A stretch of 62,916 bases of DNA, counting the filler, from Perkinsus chesapeaki ATCC PRA-425 (taxonomy: Eukaryota; Protista; Perkinsozoa), in NCBI GenBank assembly GCA_013115145.1. It is 4 parts of 4 records of this genome, joined end to end, with 100 filler letters (N's around TTAATTAATTAA, not from the genome) between each part and the next. Parts side by side here need not be neighbours in the genome. Positions count along the whole stretch, not along the records: positions 1 to 24,143 come from JAAPAO010000553.1; positions 24,244 to 44,025 come from JAAPAO010000634.1; 2 more parts are not named here. One strand, written 5' to 3'. Positions within the stretch are counted from its first letter, which is position 1. Each line of letters begins with the position of its first letter. Below are positions 17,283 to 28,449 of this stretch, piece by piece. The position numbers and the translations under genes are program-made. Below the pieces are notes generated by a model, which was not told the origin of the DNA, searched no databases, and saw only the letters and a program-made list of their open reading frames with translations.

Positions 17283-19483
17283 ATGATGGCCGGGCTCCTG
17301 GCCAAGGTAGATGTAAGCCAGAACCATTACGATGTACTGGAAGTTGATGCAAGGACAGTCACACGAGCCGATATGAAAAGGAGCTTTCGGAGGTAGTATC
17401 CAAGGTTGAAGCATGCAACGGATACTCTTCCCAGGCTTTGCCTTAAGTATCATCCAGATAAAGGTGGACCTCAGGCTGCGGAACATTTTCATCGCATTAA
17501 AGTTGCCTATGATACTCTTTCTGACCCCAAGAAGAAAATGACGTAACAGAGCGTTTGGGGGGGGCAACCTGGCAACCTATGGTATCGTCAGGTTCGATCA
17601 CGCTTACTTCTATGCAAGGCATTCAGCACCGCGCAATTTTAAGCGGATCCCAGGTAGGCTCACTGGGTCTTGGATTCCCCGTCACTGTTATCAGATCCAT
17701 CCCCGTCCGAGCCTTCAACCAAGCGGCCGAGGGTCGACCAAGAGCCTCCCAATACCAGCGGGGGCTCCTCTCCTACTGGAGTGAATTCACCTACGGAAAG
17801 CAGATCAGGAAGTAGCACCAGTGCGGCCAGCTTGCTGCTATCTGGGTTGTTAGGCGTTAGTCCGCCATCGGACGATGCAGCAGTGGACGTGACAGGGCCT
17901 TTAGAGGACCTTACGATTTCAAGATTGAAATCAATAGCGAAGGTGGAGCTTTGGGCTGGCGTCTGAAGAACTTTCGTATTAGGGACGCGGGATAGATGTA
18001 GCGAAGTGCCTGGAGAAGTCCGACATGATAGCGGCCATTAGGAAAACCATTGCAGGCGGAACTGATCAGCAGCAATCTTCCAAAACGGTGACGGTGAGCC
18101 GTCGAATCTCTGGTGTGGTTAAGATGCTAAACAGGTCCCAACGGATGGTCAGGAGAAGCCTCCAGCGGACGGGAGTACAGAGAGTGATCCTGCTGTCAAT
18201 TCAAAGGAGCCTGCTGAACCTACCCCGGCCAGGCCTAGCATAGCCGGTACACAAACGGCAGAGAAAGGAAAAGGTGATATAGGGGTGGTTGGGCAGTTCT
18301 AGATTAGCGTTCAGGGGTTGAGGAGCTGTTACGTCGCCAGACGGCGTACCAGAGGGAGCTCAGCAAGCATAAGACTGAAATAGGCCTCTCCAGTGACAGT
18401 CTAAAGGTCTCCACCAGCCTCGTGGAAAAGCTCTCTAGACTTCAAAAAATATTGGATTCCTCGGCGGCTTATGCCACAGACCATACCTCAGCCCTTTTGG
18501 AGTTGCGGTCTCGCATTGGGGCCCAAGTGGCGGACTTAGGGCACGATTTAGGAGGGCACCATCCAGGCAACACTATAACCCCTCGGGGACGGTTTTCTAG
18601 TGCCATTCGGAATCATTTAACCGCATTAACATCGGGGGCGCACGCCCTGGCCGAGGCAAAGCGGGCCCTTAGTGGGCTGTCAGATCGGTTTGGTGATATT
18701 ATGAAGGATATTCAGCAGAGCGATGCAGAGCTTATTGTGAGCACTCGGGCAGTTAGCAGTGAGATCAGACGCTACCAGGAGTTACTGAATAAGATGGGGA
18801 AGGATGATACAGTGGCGGTGGGGTTATCTGTGGAGCCGGAAGCCGAGGGGCGGGAGGGTGTTAGGGAGGAGCACGGCAGCAAGAAGAAGCTGAATGTCAA
18901 TAGGCTTGCTGGGTTCAGAGACACCCCTGGCAGCAAACTCCCATTCGATAGGGGATCTACTCTTGGCAAGCCTTGGTCCGATCTGATAGCCCCTGGAGCA
19001 AGGAAGAGGCAGGCTGCTGCTAGTTCGGGTAGGAAGAAAACCCCTACTAAGAGAAGTGTCCCGACGAAGATAGAGGCGGAGAGTATCGCTCATAATGATG
19101 GGCACTCCAGCTCTACGACCACTAGTACGGCTCCTGAGGATCAAGCTGGGGATGCCAGCGGGAAGACGGCTGAAGAAGGAAAGCCGTCGAGGGCTAATGT
19201 TGAGGATTTGGCAGATGACACGGCGGCAGATGGTGGAATCATAACTGTGCGGATACCTAAGTCGTGGAAGCCTGGCCGACGGATACAGTTCCCCGCGGGT
19301 GATGGTAAAGTTCGAATGGTGCCGCCTGAGAGCTGTGTTCCTGGCGATCTAATGGTATATGATACCACGACAAAGCAACTGCGGAAACGTGGGCCACCGG
19401 CAGTGGTGCCGCTGCCGTCGGCTGGCAGGCATCTTCCGAAAGTCGTTTGGGAGGAGGGGAAGGAGTTCGTAGTTTTGGAGTAG
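17283..19483 (+). CDS. J-domain (DnaJ type III) protein, paralog 1: J - NLS-like - SAP-like - coiled coil - C-terminal beta repeat
   Basis: [11 protein letters not shown]|[21 protein letters not shown]; PSTKRPR; [24 protein letters not shown]; last exon is ORF 18422-19483 with [23 protein letters not shown]. Confidence 0.85.
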
Positions 19484-19691
19484 TAACACTAAGGTACATT
19501 ACAGTGCATTCTTATATTTTATTATTATTAAATCACTATTGCATATACCATTACAACAATAGAAGCGTCTCTCTACAGGAGCCCCAGCAGTGCTTCCTAT
19601 TGAGTTGTCTTCTCCATCACCGCACTGTGTAGGTTTGTTGTTTATTTGGCAGCCACAGAGTCGCTGCCACTAGTGAGGATCCTCTTCGCCA

Positions 19692-21983
19692 ATGGCCAGC
19701 TTCGATAAGGGGGACTCGGCCGCCGCCGGCGCCGCAGTTGGCAGCCATGTGGATGTAAGCCGGAACCACTATGATGTATTGGAAGTGAATGCTCGGACTG
19801 CCACCCCCGCTGATATCAGACGGAACTTTAGGAGGTACTAGGCAGGGGGCAGGGCAGGAGGGGGAGGAAGAAGAAAAGCTTATTATGCAGATTGTGCCTT
19901 AAATATCATCCAGACAAGTGCGGGGGAGACGACACTGTTGGACGCTTTCAAGAGATCAAGGTTGCCTATGATGTGTTGTCGGATCCTATGAAGAAGGCCA
20001 AGTAGGCTGCTGTAGTGTGCCATAGAAGGCAGCAACAGCACCTTTGTGTAGGTTTGATCATGTATTCTTCTACTCGAGGGGGACCGTCCCTTATAACGCT
20101 AAGAGGATCGCTGGTAAAATAGCTGCGGTGGTTGCTCGTATGTCAACAGTTCATTTCAGAACAACCAAGCGATGGTCAGCCGTCACCGAAGCGGGCGAGA
20201 ATCGACACGGGAGGGAGCGGCGCGGAATCGAGTTCGCCGCCATCGAGTCCAGCGCGACCTACAGAGGAGAGTGCAGAGGGAAGTAATAGGGGCCACGAGA
20301 AGGGGAGAACCGAACCGGCGGCGATGATGATGATAAGGCTTTGGAGCTTAGGTGTCAGCCCAGGGTCAGACTCTGCTACAGCTGCTGCGGGTGCTGGAGA
20401 TGATTCTCGTCTTGAGGAGCTTACTATACAAGAACTGAAGGCATTGGCTCGGGTAAACCTTGGAGATGGTGTTGGTGGTGGTGTAGGCCTACCGTAGGAA
20501 CGAGGCATTAACGTCACTCTTTGTATTGAGAAATCTGACATTGTCAAGGCTATCAGGAGAGGACCAGTCCAGACGGTAGTAACAGAGCTTACGGGAACTA
20601 CTTCATCTATACGTTTGCAGGCTCAATCCAAAACCAGCGGAAGCCCACCGCAGAGTGATGCTGGTGCTGCTGCTGCCAACAACCGTTTTAACAGTACGAC
20701 TGGCTTCATAGTGGTTGATACAGCTACGGTTAGGTTCGTCTTCGTTACTATCGCAGTACTGGGCATTTGAACGGGAAGCAACCCTTCGACATCAATGGTT
20801 GGGGGTATCTAATGAGAGTATTCAGGCCTCTACTGGGTTATACGAATGGGTCACGTGGCTACGGAGAGTTCTGGAGTCCTCTACAGCTTATATTAACAGT
20901 GCAACTGAGGATGTTAGAAAGATGCAAAATCGAGCTGATGCTACACGAGACAATATCGGCAAAGATACCAGACCGGCAGGTCGGCCATCACTCCCACCTG
21001 CGGGCAAGTTCGCGGGGGCGTTGGAGGCTCATCGGCACGCGGTGATGTCAAGTTTGGATACCTTTAGACGGACACAGGTTATCCTGTCCAAGCTCAATGA
21101 GGATCTTGGCAGTACCGCTCGGGCACTGAAAACGGTTGATGCCCAGCTGGTGGTCAGCGGTCGGCATATGGCGACGGAGGCGAGGCAGTTGAAGGATTCC
21201 GCGGCCAAGATCGCCGCCAGCCCGGACCTGCTGGCAGAGGCTCAGCGATATTCCCAGGCGAATAGGTCGGGGATGCCGAATCGGGTACCCTTTATGACAT
21301 CAGCGGCATCCGCGGCAGCAGCGGCAGCAGCAGGTATGCGGAATATGGCAGCGGCACGACAGTTCCAAGCTGGGGTCCACAACGCGATGCAAGGACGACA
21401 GAATTATGAGCAACAGCAGCAGCAGGCGGCTGCTGCTGCTGCAGGATCGCCAGATAGTACGACTGCTGCAGCTGCTGGTAACGAACACATTGGAGATACC
21501 TCGGTTGCTGGGATGAACCAATCGGCGACTGATAATGGTCCGGCCGCCCGTGGGACATCAACCCAAGGCCCTACTACTGGAGGTCTACGTCCAGGGAAAG
21601 TGGCTGGGATGCCTGACACTCAGGGGGCGGATACGGCTACTAATAATGATAATACTGCTGAAATTAAGAGAGAGACACCGGAAGATGATACGAATCCTGA
21701 AGGCCAGAAGGATGGGCCCTTGCCGCATATAACTGTACAGATACCAGAGAACTGGCAGCCAGGGAGCAAGATAAAGTTTACTACTGATAATGGTGCAATA
21801 AAGTTTAAGCCACCTCCAGGCTGCCGTCCCGGCGACCTTATGGACTATGATCCCAATGTGCGCAGGATCAAGGTAATGAGACAACAGCAGCAGCCGGCAG
21901 CAGCAGCAACGGCCGCCCCCAAACCCGAGCACTTTAGTAACTCCGCTGACCCTACCCCTGCTGGAGAGCCAACTGCTGCGTAG
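19692..21983 (+). CDS. J-domain protein, paralog 2 (same architecture)
   Basis: [11 protein letters not shown]|[17 protein letters not shown]; PSPKRAR; LEELTIQELKALA..CIEKSDIVKAI; last exon ORF 20715-21983 with ITVQIPENWQPG..PPPGCRPGDLM. Confidence 0.85.
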
Positions 21984-22199
21984 TATCGTTCTTTAAACGT
22001 CTCTATACTGTACATTATTGTAACATTTTCGAGTGAATTAGGAGCTCAGTGTTATCGTCTAGACTACCTGCTGGATGACCGCCGTCCTTCCGAGACTGGT
22101 CGATGTTGATAGATGATTGAGCTCAGAGATTTGCGTGCATTTGGTGAAGTGAAATGGTTGGCGGTCCTCAATATCTTCGAAGTGTACCATTGTTATTTC

Positions 22200-24143
22200 A
22201 TGCCGCACCCATCGGCGGCGGCGGCGGCTGTCACAACCCCCATCAACTATTACGCTGTGCTTGGCTTACGCCATATGAACGCCAGCCAGGATGAGATTCG
22301 ACAGAACTACCGGAGGTAGGGCGGCGATCAGCACGCTCATTCCTCAGAGTAGCATCTCTTTTAGGCTGTGTCTAGTTCATCATCCTGATAAGGGAGGATC
22401 TTTGTCCGAGTTCCAGAAGGTCCAGCAGGCTTACCATACGCTCAGCGACCCGGCGAGACGTCGACAGTAGACTCTAGTAGGTGCGCAGTTTGATTACGTA
22501 ACATCAGGTACGACAGAATGAATCTCTTCACAGTAAGGACCGGCGGCTTTAAGCGGACAGGTGAGATCGATAAAGCTAAATGAGATCGACAATGGTTGTC
22601 AGGGCGTCCTCCAGCGGCGGTCTCAAGGCCTCGTAAGAAGGCCAGATCATCCAGTAACCCCGCCACTACCACGACGGCGCCAACAGTACCGAGCTCTTCG
22701 AGTCAGAGTAATGCCCCAGTGTGATTGGCTGGATTGATAAAGTGATTCGTCAGCCCCTGTTGTGACCCCTCCTCCGGCCATTCTCAAGACATCCACCTTG
22801 TCCTCGTTGAGCGTTGGTACACTAAAACAGCTAGCAGTGGTGAGTCGGCATGTCGACACTACTGGTGTCACCAGACCGCTGTTGTTGTTTCAGAAGCTCG
22901 GTGCAAATATCCTAGGTTGTCTGGAGAAAGGGGAGTTAATTAAAGCCATTCAGGAATGTCATGCTGCGGAGAAGGTTACCAGCTCAAGGTCAACGCAAGC
23001 TGACGCTGGCAGTGCGGACAGCTGCAGCAATGAGCATGCCACGGGGAGTAATCTTCAGTCGAATGTGGGAAGATACGCTGAAGGTTGCTTTGGCATTCAC
23101 CCGATCAGACCGAACCATCGAACCCTGCAGAAGGCGCCACACCTTCAGACGCCAATCCAAAGCACCCGGTTTTCGAAGCTTTTATGAAGTCCCCAGGTAG
23201 GATAACTTGTCTTTATTAAATCAATTGTAATGTTAGTAGAGGGAAAGGCGTTAGAAGAGTGCATTGGCTTAGCCCAGAAGGAGTTGGTGTTTGAAGCATG
23301 GGCTGGCTTTAGCGCTTCATCAACTGCTATTGGCCATAGCTTCACTCGAGAGCTCAGCTGTCTCCAATCAAAGCTGGCTGATACTACCAAGTACGTTACC
23401 CACGCCACCGATAGGCTACAGCAAGTGCAGTTTGCCCAGAAAGCAGCTGCGTCATCTCCACTATTGGCAAAACATCCCACTCACCAATCGCTCGTCGGGC
23501 TCGTACAGGCTATACAAGAGCAAGGGGAAACGTTCACCAAAGCAAGGCAGGCATTCCTAGCCACTGAGAAGTGCCTGGATATGTTACGGACAAATATCTC
23601 GACGTTGCTTAAGGACCTGGAGAGAGTCCAGATGCACGCGGCTGGTTCCCGCTCGATGGCACTCGATTCTTATGAGGAATACCATCGCAAGCAGACTCGA
23701 CTGGCGAGCGAAATTGCTCGGAAGCTATCCGAGGATGGTATCCCGAATATGACCGTTGCTCGTGTATTGGATATAGTGCGGCTGAGTGCTCTATCAGGCA
23801 AGGAGGAGGAGCGAGAGAAGAAGCAAACTCATGGTGCCGATCAACCAACACACCAAACTACATCATCACCATCATCCCCCGCTGGAACGGTGCCATCCTC
23901 CTCCACTGGAACGGTGCCATCCTCCTCCACTGGAACGGTGCCATCCTCCACTGGAACGAAGTCAACATGCCCCACTGGAACGGTGCCATCCTCCTCCACT
24001 GGAACGGTTCCATCCTCTACTGGAACGAAGTCAACATCCCCCACAGGAACGGTGCCAGCAGGCTCTACGAGAACGGTGCCATCCTCCTCCACTGGAACGG
24101 TGCCATCCTCCTCCACTGGAACGGTGCCATCCTCCTCCACTGG
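22200..24143 (+). CDS. J-domain protein, paralog 3 (3' end lost in assembly gap)
   Basis: INYYAVLGL..NYRR|LCLVHHPDKGG..AYHTLSDP; LSSLSVGTLKQLA..GCLEKGELIKAI; coiled coil, then TGTVPSSS repeats into the N gap. Confidence 0.82.
23881..24143 (+). repeat. Coding minisatellite, 24-nt (and 21-nt variant) unit encoding TGTVPSS(S)
   Basis: Repeated ACTGGAACGGTGCCATCCTCCTCC with interspersed TGTKSTxP units; runs into the gap. Confidence 0.95.
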
Positions 24144-24243
24144 NNNNNNNNNNNNNNNNNNNNNNNNNNNNNNNNNNNNNNNNNNNNTTAATTAATTAAN
24201 NNNNNNNNNNNNNNNNNNNNNNNNNNNNNNNNNNNNNNNNNNN
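24144..24243. other. Assembly gap with TTAATTAATTAA stop-in-all-frames linker
   Basis: 100 nt: N-run, TTAATTAATTAA at 24188-24199, N-run. Confidence 0.97.
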
Positions 24244-24492
24244 GTAGGCTATCAAGTAACAATTCGGGCCAGTAGACAGTAATCCGAGCAAAAGTGTTTA
24301 GGAGCGCACCCCATACCATGAACCCCTGCGGACATTACCTACACCCAGGCATGCGGAGAGGCAGAACGGATAGAAGTGTGAGACCCCTGTCATGGATGCC
24401 CCCTCTAGAGACACGGATGAGCAAGAGTAGGCTATCAAGTAACAATTCGGGCCAGTAGACAGTAATCCGAGCAAAAGTGTTTAGGAGCGCAC
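24244..24492. repeat. 66-bp exact direct repeat at contig edge (24244-24309 and 24427-24492)
   Basis: GTAGGCTATCAAG...TTTAGGAGCGCAC occurs twice; first copy abuts the gap. Confidence 0.9.
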
Positions 24493-25399
24493 ACCACGCT
24501 GTCTGACACCGCATGCCCTCCAGACTCACACTGTCAGAGCAGAACTGGTCTGGGCTGGGCAGTTCAGGCAGAACAAGACAAGTCATAGCTGGAATCTGCC
24601 AGGCAATATCAGTGAATGGGGAACTGATCTGAGTACCCCAGGACATGTCCAGGGTCGAATTGAACTCGAACGTCATCCTTAACTCCTCCCCAGAGAGATT
24701 AGAAAGCAAGACAATTTGTGGCCGCGAAAGAAAGAAAGTGGCCAGGGAAGAAAAAATGTGGCCAGAAGTAGAAAAATTTGTGGCTCGCGCGAAGATGACG
24801 CGGACCCACTCGGTACTACAGGATGAAACCTGAGTGGGAGCAGGCGGGAAAAGATCCGCAAAGAAGCTGGAGGCAGCCGGGGCTTCTTCCATGATGGCTT
24901 CAAACGAATCCTCCCCGGAGCGGGGTGCAACCGTGGCAGTTGAACTGGGGTTCACTTTGCTGTGGAGACGGCAAAGTTCGCCCCGATAAACCTGTCGGTT
25001 GCACCCCTCCAACTTACACCTTTTGCCCCCACCATGTTTGATGCACAGCTGAGGCTGCCCAGGCCTGGCTGCCTTGCGGCAGTCCGGCCAAACACAACGA
25101 CGCCCACCACCGTGGGCTTTGCAATACGGGGATTGCCCAACCGCCGACTTGCCGCATCCAAGCACAGCACAGCGAGGGCCGCCCCCGTGTATAATACAAC
25201 ATTCCCATGGCTGCCGGGCCTGAGCTTTGCACCCAGGCACCTTGCAGCCAGGTCTAGCCTGCGTCCCGCGCGAAAGGCGTGGGAGGGAGGGAATCACGAT
25301 ATCAGGGTTCATTCCAAAATAATATATATCAAAATTTTCACCGATCTCGGACATTTCTCGCTCGCCCCCGCGTTTCAAAAACCGCGCACATCTTGCCAA
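24335..25399 (-). CDS. WRKY19-like C-x4-C..C-x2-HGGG zinc-finger repeat protein
   Basis: Four units such as CKVPGCKAQARQPWECCIIHGGG, CAVLGCGKSAVGQSPYCKAHGGG, CVWPDCRKAARPGQPQLCIKHGGG; ends of the ORF may include intron sequence. Confidence 0.8.
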   Translation of the reverse strand: MARCARFLKRGGEREMSEIGENFDIYYFGMNPDIVIPSLPRLSRGTQARPGCKVPGCKAQARQPWECCIIHGGGPRCAVLGCGKSAVGQSPYCKAHGGGRRCVWPDCRKAARPGQPQLCIKHGGGKRCKLEGCNRQVYRGELCRLHSKVNPSSTATVAPRSGEDSFEAIMEEAPAASSFFADLFPPAPTQVSSCSTEWVRVIFARATNFSTSGHIFSSLATFFLSRPQIVLLSNLSGEELRMTFEFNSTLDMSWGTQISSPFTDIAWQIPAMTCLVLPELPSPDQFCSDSVSLEGMRCQTAWCALLNTFARITVYWPELLLDSLLLLIRVSRGGIHDRGLTLLSVLPLRMPGCR

Positions 25400-25739
25400 C
25401 TCAAGTTCACTTACTTTTTCACAGTTACTCGTGCCGACAGGCTGGCGGTATCGACTCGGGAGGATGCCTCGCCCTTGAAAGTTTTGCTCTTTGAAGTTTC
25501 GTAGTTGAGGTGAGCCCCCCTGGAGGCCCCCATATGACGCAATAAATCAAGTTTTCCCTATGTCACATTCTGGCTAGAATGCGATTGTCTCCCAGCGCCG
25601 GCATTTCTGTCACACCGCGTTCAAGCATTATTACCTCGTAATAGATCTCTCGAAATGTACCATTCTTCGGTCCGAATTCCGTGTCGGTTGCATTAATCGG
25701 ATCCAATCAGTTTGTTGACCTCTCCCTATTTGTCATGCC

Positions 25740-26010
25740 ACAGGACACTCTCGCAGGTGCCCTGCCTCAAGGAGCCCGGTTTCTGCAACAATCAGGCTCT
25801 ACAGTCGCTGGAGGATGGTACGATTCCTCGCCGAACTTTTTTATTTTATTTTTAGGTGGGTTTTGGTCATTGTTATTATAGTGCTACTATTTGGCATTGC
25901 CGGAGTTCTCTTATGGCAGCGGAAAAGGAGCTCACCTTTCCGGGCTCGGGGAGTCCGAGCATCTTGTCAGCTTTGTGGCCGGGAGAGGTACTAAAACGAA
26001 GGCTGCGTCT
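25740..26010 (+). CDS. Small single-pass membrane protein (partial, spliced)
   Basis: ARFLQQSGSTVAGG joined over a GT..TTTTTAG intron to WWVLVIVIIVLLFGIAGVLLWQRKR (TM helix plus basic stop-transfer). Confidence 0.4.
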
Positions 26011-27515
26011 GTCCTTGACTTCCTTCGTGAAAATCTACGAGGTCCGACACAAAGCTCGCGCTTAGCCAAGGCCATCGATGGCTGCGAATCGGCGAAATTT
26101 TTTCCGTTGTGTTTCACCTTAATGGATTTATTATCTATTTTACCGGTGGTCTGTGAAAAGCTTTTCATTATTAGCTCCCCCAACTTCGATCATAATGCAT
26201 AGCTTGCTCTTAGTGAAAGCAACCGCTGTATTCTCGCGCTCGAGGGACCTCATAAATCGGCATGAGAGTAGAGGTGACTGAATATCACCATGACTCGTAG
26301 AGTCCCGTAATCCCGTAATCCCGTAATACGCACTGAAGCGTCACGGGTTACCTTCAAGTTACACACACACTCGTAGAGTTCCGGTCGAAGTCTTCTGGAC
26401 TAAATTCGTCATGTAGAATGAGCCGCTGATCTGTTCGTATCAATCACGGCCTCGCTAGTGGCATACGACACCCGGGCCGAAATATTGCAGTGAAAATTAA
26501 CAAAGTGTGTTCGGGTGATCCAGCTGGAGCGTTGAGGGGCGCATTTTCGGCGCTTGAGCAATGCGCCCCTCGATAGGCTCATGGTGGTATGATCTTGAGG
26601 GCGGAGGGAGATGCAATCGGTGATACCTGACACCGTTTTGTTATATCAAGATCGATGGTGAATGTTCTTACGGGTCTATGTTTTTGTTTTTACGGGTTGC
26701 CATATGGCTGTGAGATTGCTGAAAGATATTTCCCTTCAGGCGTGTTCCTCCAGAGTTGCTCAGCCATTTGGATGATTTTGTTTGCCGCGACTGTGTTCGG
26801 GCGGCCTTCCCAGAAATGAACGATTCGCAACCAAGGCAGTTTCCAGCAGTCAGCAGTGATTTTCGGGACGACGAAATCGTAATAATTTTTCTGAGGAAAA
26901 TTTTCGGAATTTTTTCAGCTTCCGCCTCCGATAAGCGAGGAGGAACTGCGACGCAGTGATCGGCTGGCGGCAATGAAACGCGCGAAATCGCAGACCTTCA
27001 AGATTAAAAGGTGCTAGCGGGAGCCATTTCACTGGTCTGGGAATATCTTTTATGTCCACCAATTACTGCTAATCTTTTATGACAGTATTGATTTTTGTGC
27101 GCCTTTGCCATCCTGGGGAAGCTGCAGGTGTGGCCGCTGTGGCTGGGAATCCTTGCCAAGGATACTAGTTAAGATTCACCCACTGAAAATCCGGGCATAT
27201 AGGGCAAACGTCTAATGGACCTAATCCTCAGCTAGCCCCCCCGGGCCACAGAGGCTGTATTTTGTTCTATCTGTAAAGTATGGAGCACGCTGTATTACTA
27301 TCACTTTGATCATTTCTTATGCACTACCAGAAATATCATTTGCTTTTTAGGATGACGTCGACATTTTTCCGAGTGCGTAGTGATGAGAATCCTCTACCGG
27401 TGAGTTGGTTGGAAGCTTCTGGATCGGATTTCTTGCGACTTTTCTGGCCGTATCGGCGCAAGCGATAGCACGCGGAACTTAGTAAAAATGAAGGAACCGC
27501 TTAGATATTTTTCAG

Positions 27516-28197
27516 GTTGGGAAGAGCAAGAGTTCGCTCGACGTTGATGACCTGGCCTGCGATGAGAATGACGGCACATGTAAGGTCTGCTTTGAGGATC
27601 CAGCAACCATAGTAAGAAATTGGAAGGGAAAATGCCGGCCGACGTCTCTCTATCAATCGTTTTTGCCGTTGTGGACTTTGTTTTTAATAGAGCATCAAAT
27701 TCGAATTTAGGCTAGAATTGTTATATTTCAGATTTTTTTGGAGAATCTTCATGGAAGTTCAATGCTCTTTCGGATTTTATATATCCACAGTCATCAATCT
27801 TGCCATAATTAGTTTTCAATTCTGCCGAAATGACATTTTCACCGAAATTCCCCTTCCTCATAAACATGCAGATGGCGAGTTCATCGGACAAAACATTTGT
27901 CGATTTTTTTATCATGAAATGCGTATAAATCCCACAGTGACTGATTTTTACTGAATAATACTCCTAAAGAGATACGATAGCAATTTTGTTATGATATGTT
28001 TTCTTCTAAGTGTAAAAATATTATCAAATATATTCATTCCGCAAGCAGCCATCTGATCGCAGGGATAGTGGTTGATAGATCTCCTTCGATCAGGTTCTGC
28101 TGCCATGTGGTCACGGAGGGCTTTGTCAAGGATGCGCTAAGGAACTGGTGCTATCAGGAAAACCCTGTTACATTTGCGGAGAGGAGTTTCATATGAT
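27516..28197 (+). CDS. C3HC4 RING-finger protein (RING split over two exons; gene extends upstream)
   Basis: Exon 27516-27611 ends CKVCFEDPATI; phase-0 intron of about 480 nt; exon from 28094 reads VLLPCGHGGLCQGCAKELVLSGKPCYICGEEF. Confidence 0.8.
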
Positions 28198-28449
28198 GTA
28201 GGTTGGTGAAAACCCGAAACCCGAAAACCCGAATGAGAAATATTTATATACAATTATTTATATCTCAAAATCGACACTTGATTTCTCAAGCACTAGCTGT
28301 GAAGAGCTTGTCATCAGCACTTTGTGAGGAAATATCGGTATAGAGGCTGAACGAGTATGGGCCGGAAGTGAAGAGAAAAAAATTCGGAAAATTTAGGAAA
28401 ATTTTTCCGGTCTGCGTCGGTCAGCATTGGAGATAATATATTTCGCGGG

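Noticed and set aside
23881-24143. Regular repeats as a CRISPR array
   Set aside because: No unique spacers, in-frame coding repeat, eukaryotic context, no cas genes; same for 29241-29314 and the tRNA array.
24188-24199. TTAATTAATTAA palindrome recurring three times (also 44070-44081, 61010-61021)
   Set aside because: Always centred in a 100-nt N gap; artificial all-frame-stop linker. It also means gene neighbourhoods across gaps cannot be trusted.
24244-24492. 66-bp exact direct repeat as a mobile-element end
   Set aside because: First copy abuts the gap; most simply a contig-end overlap artefact.
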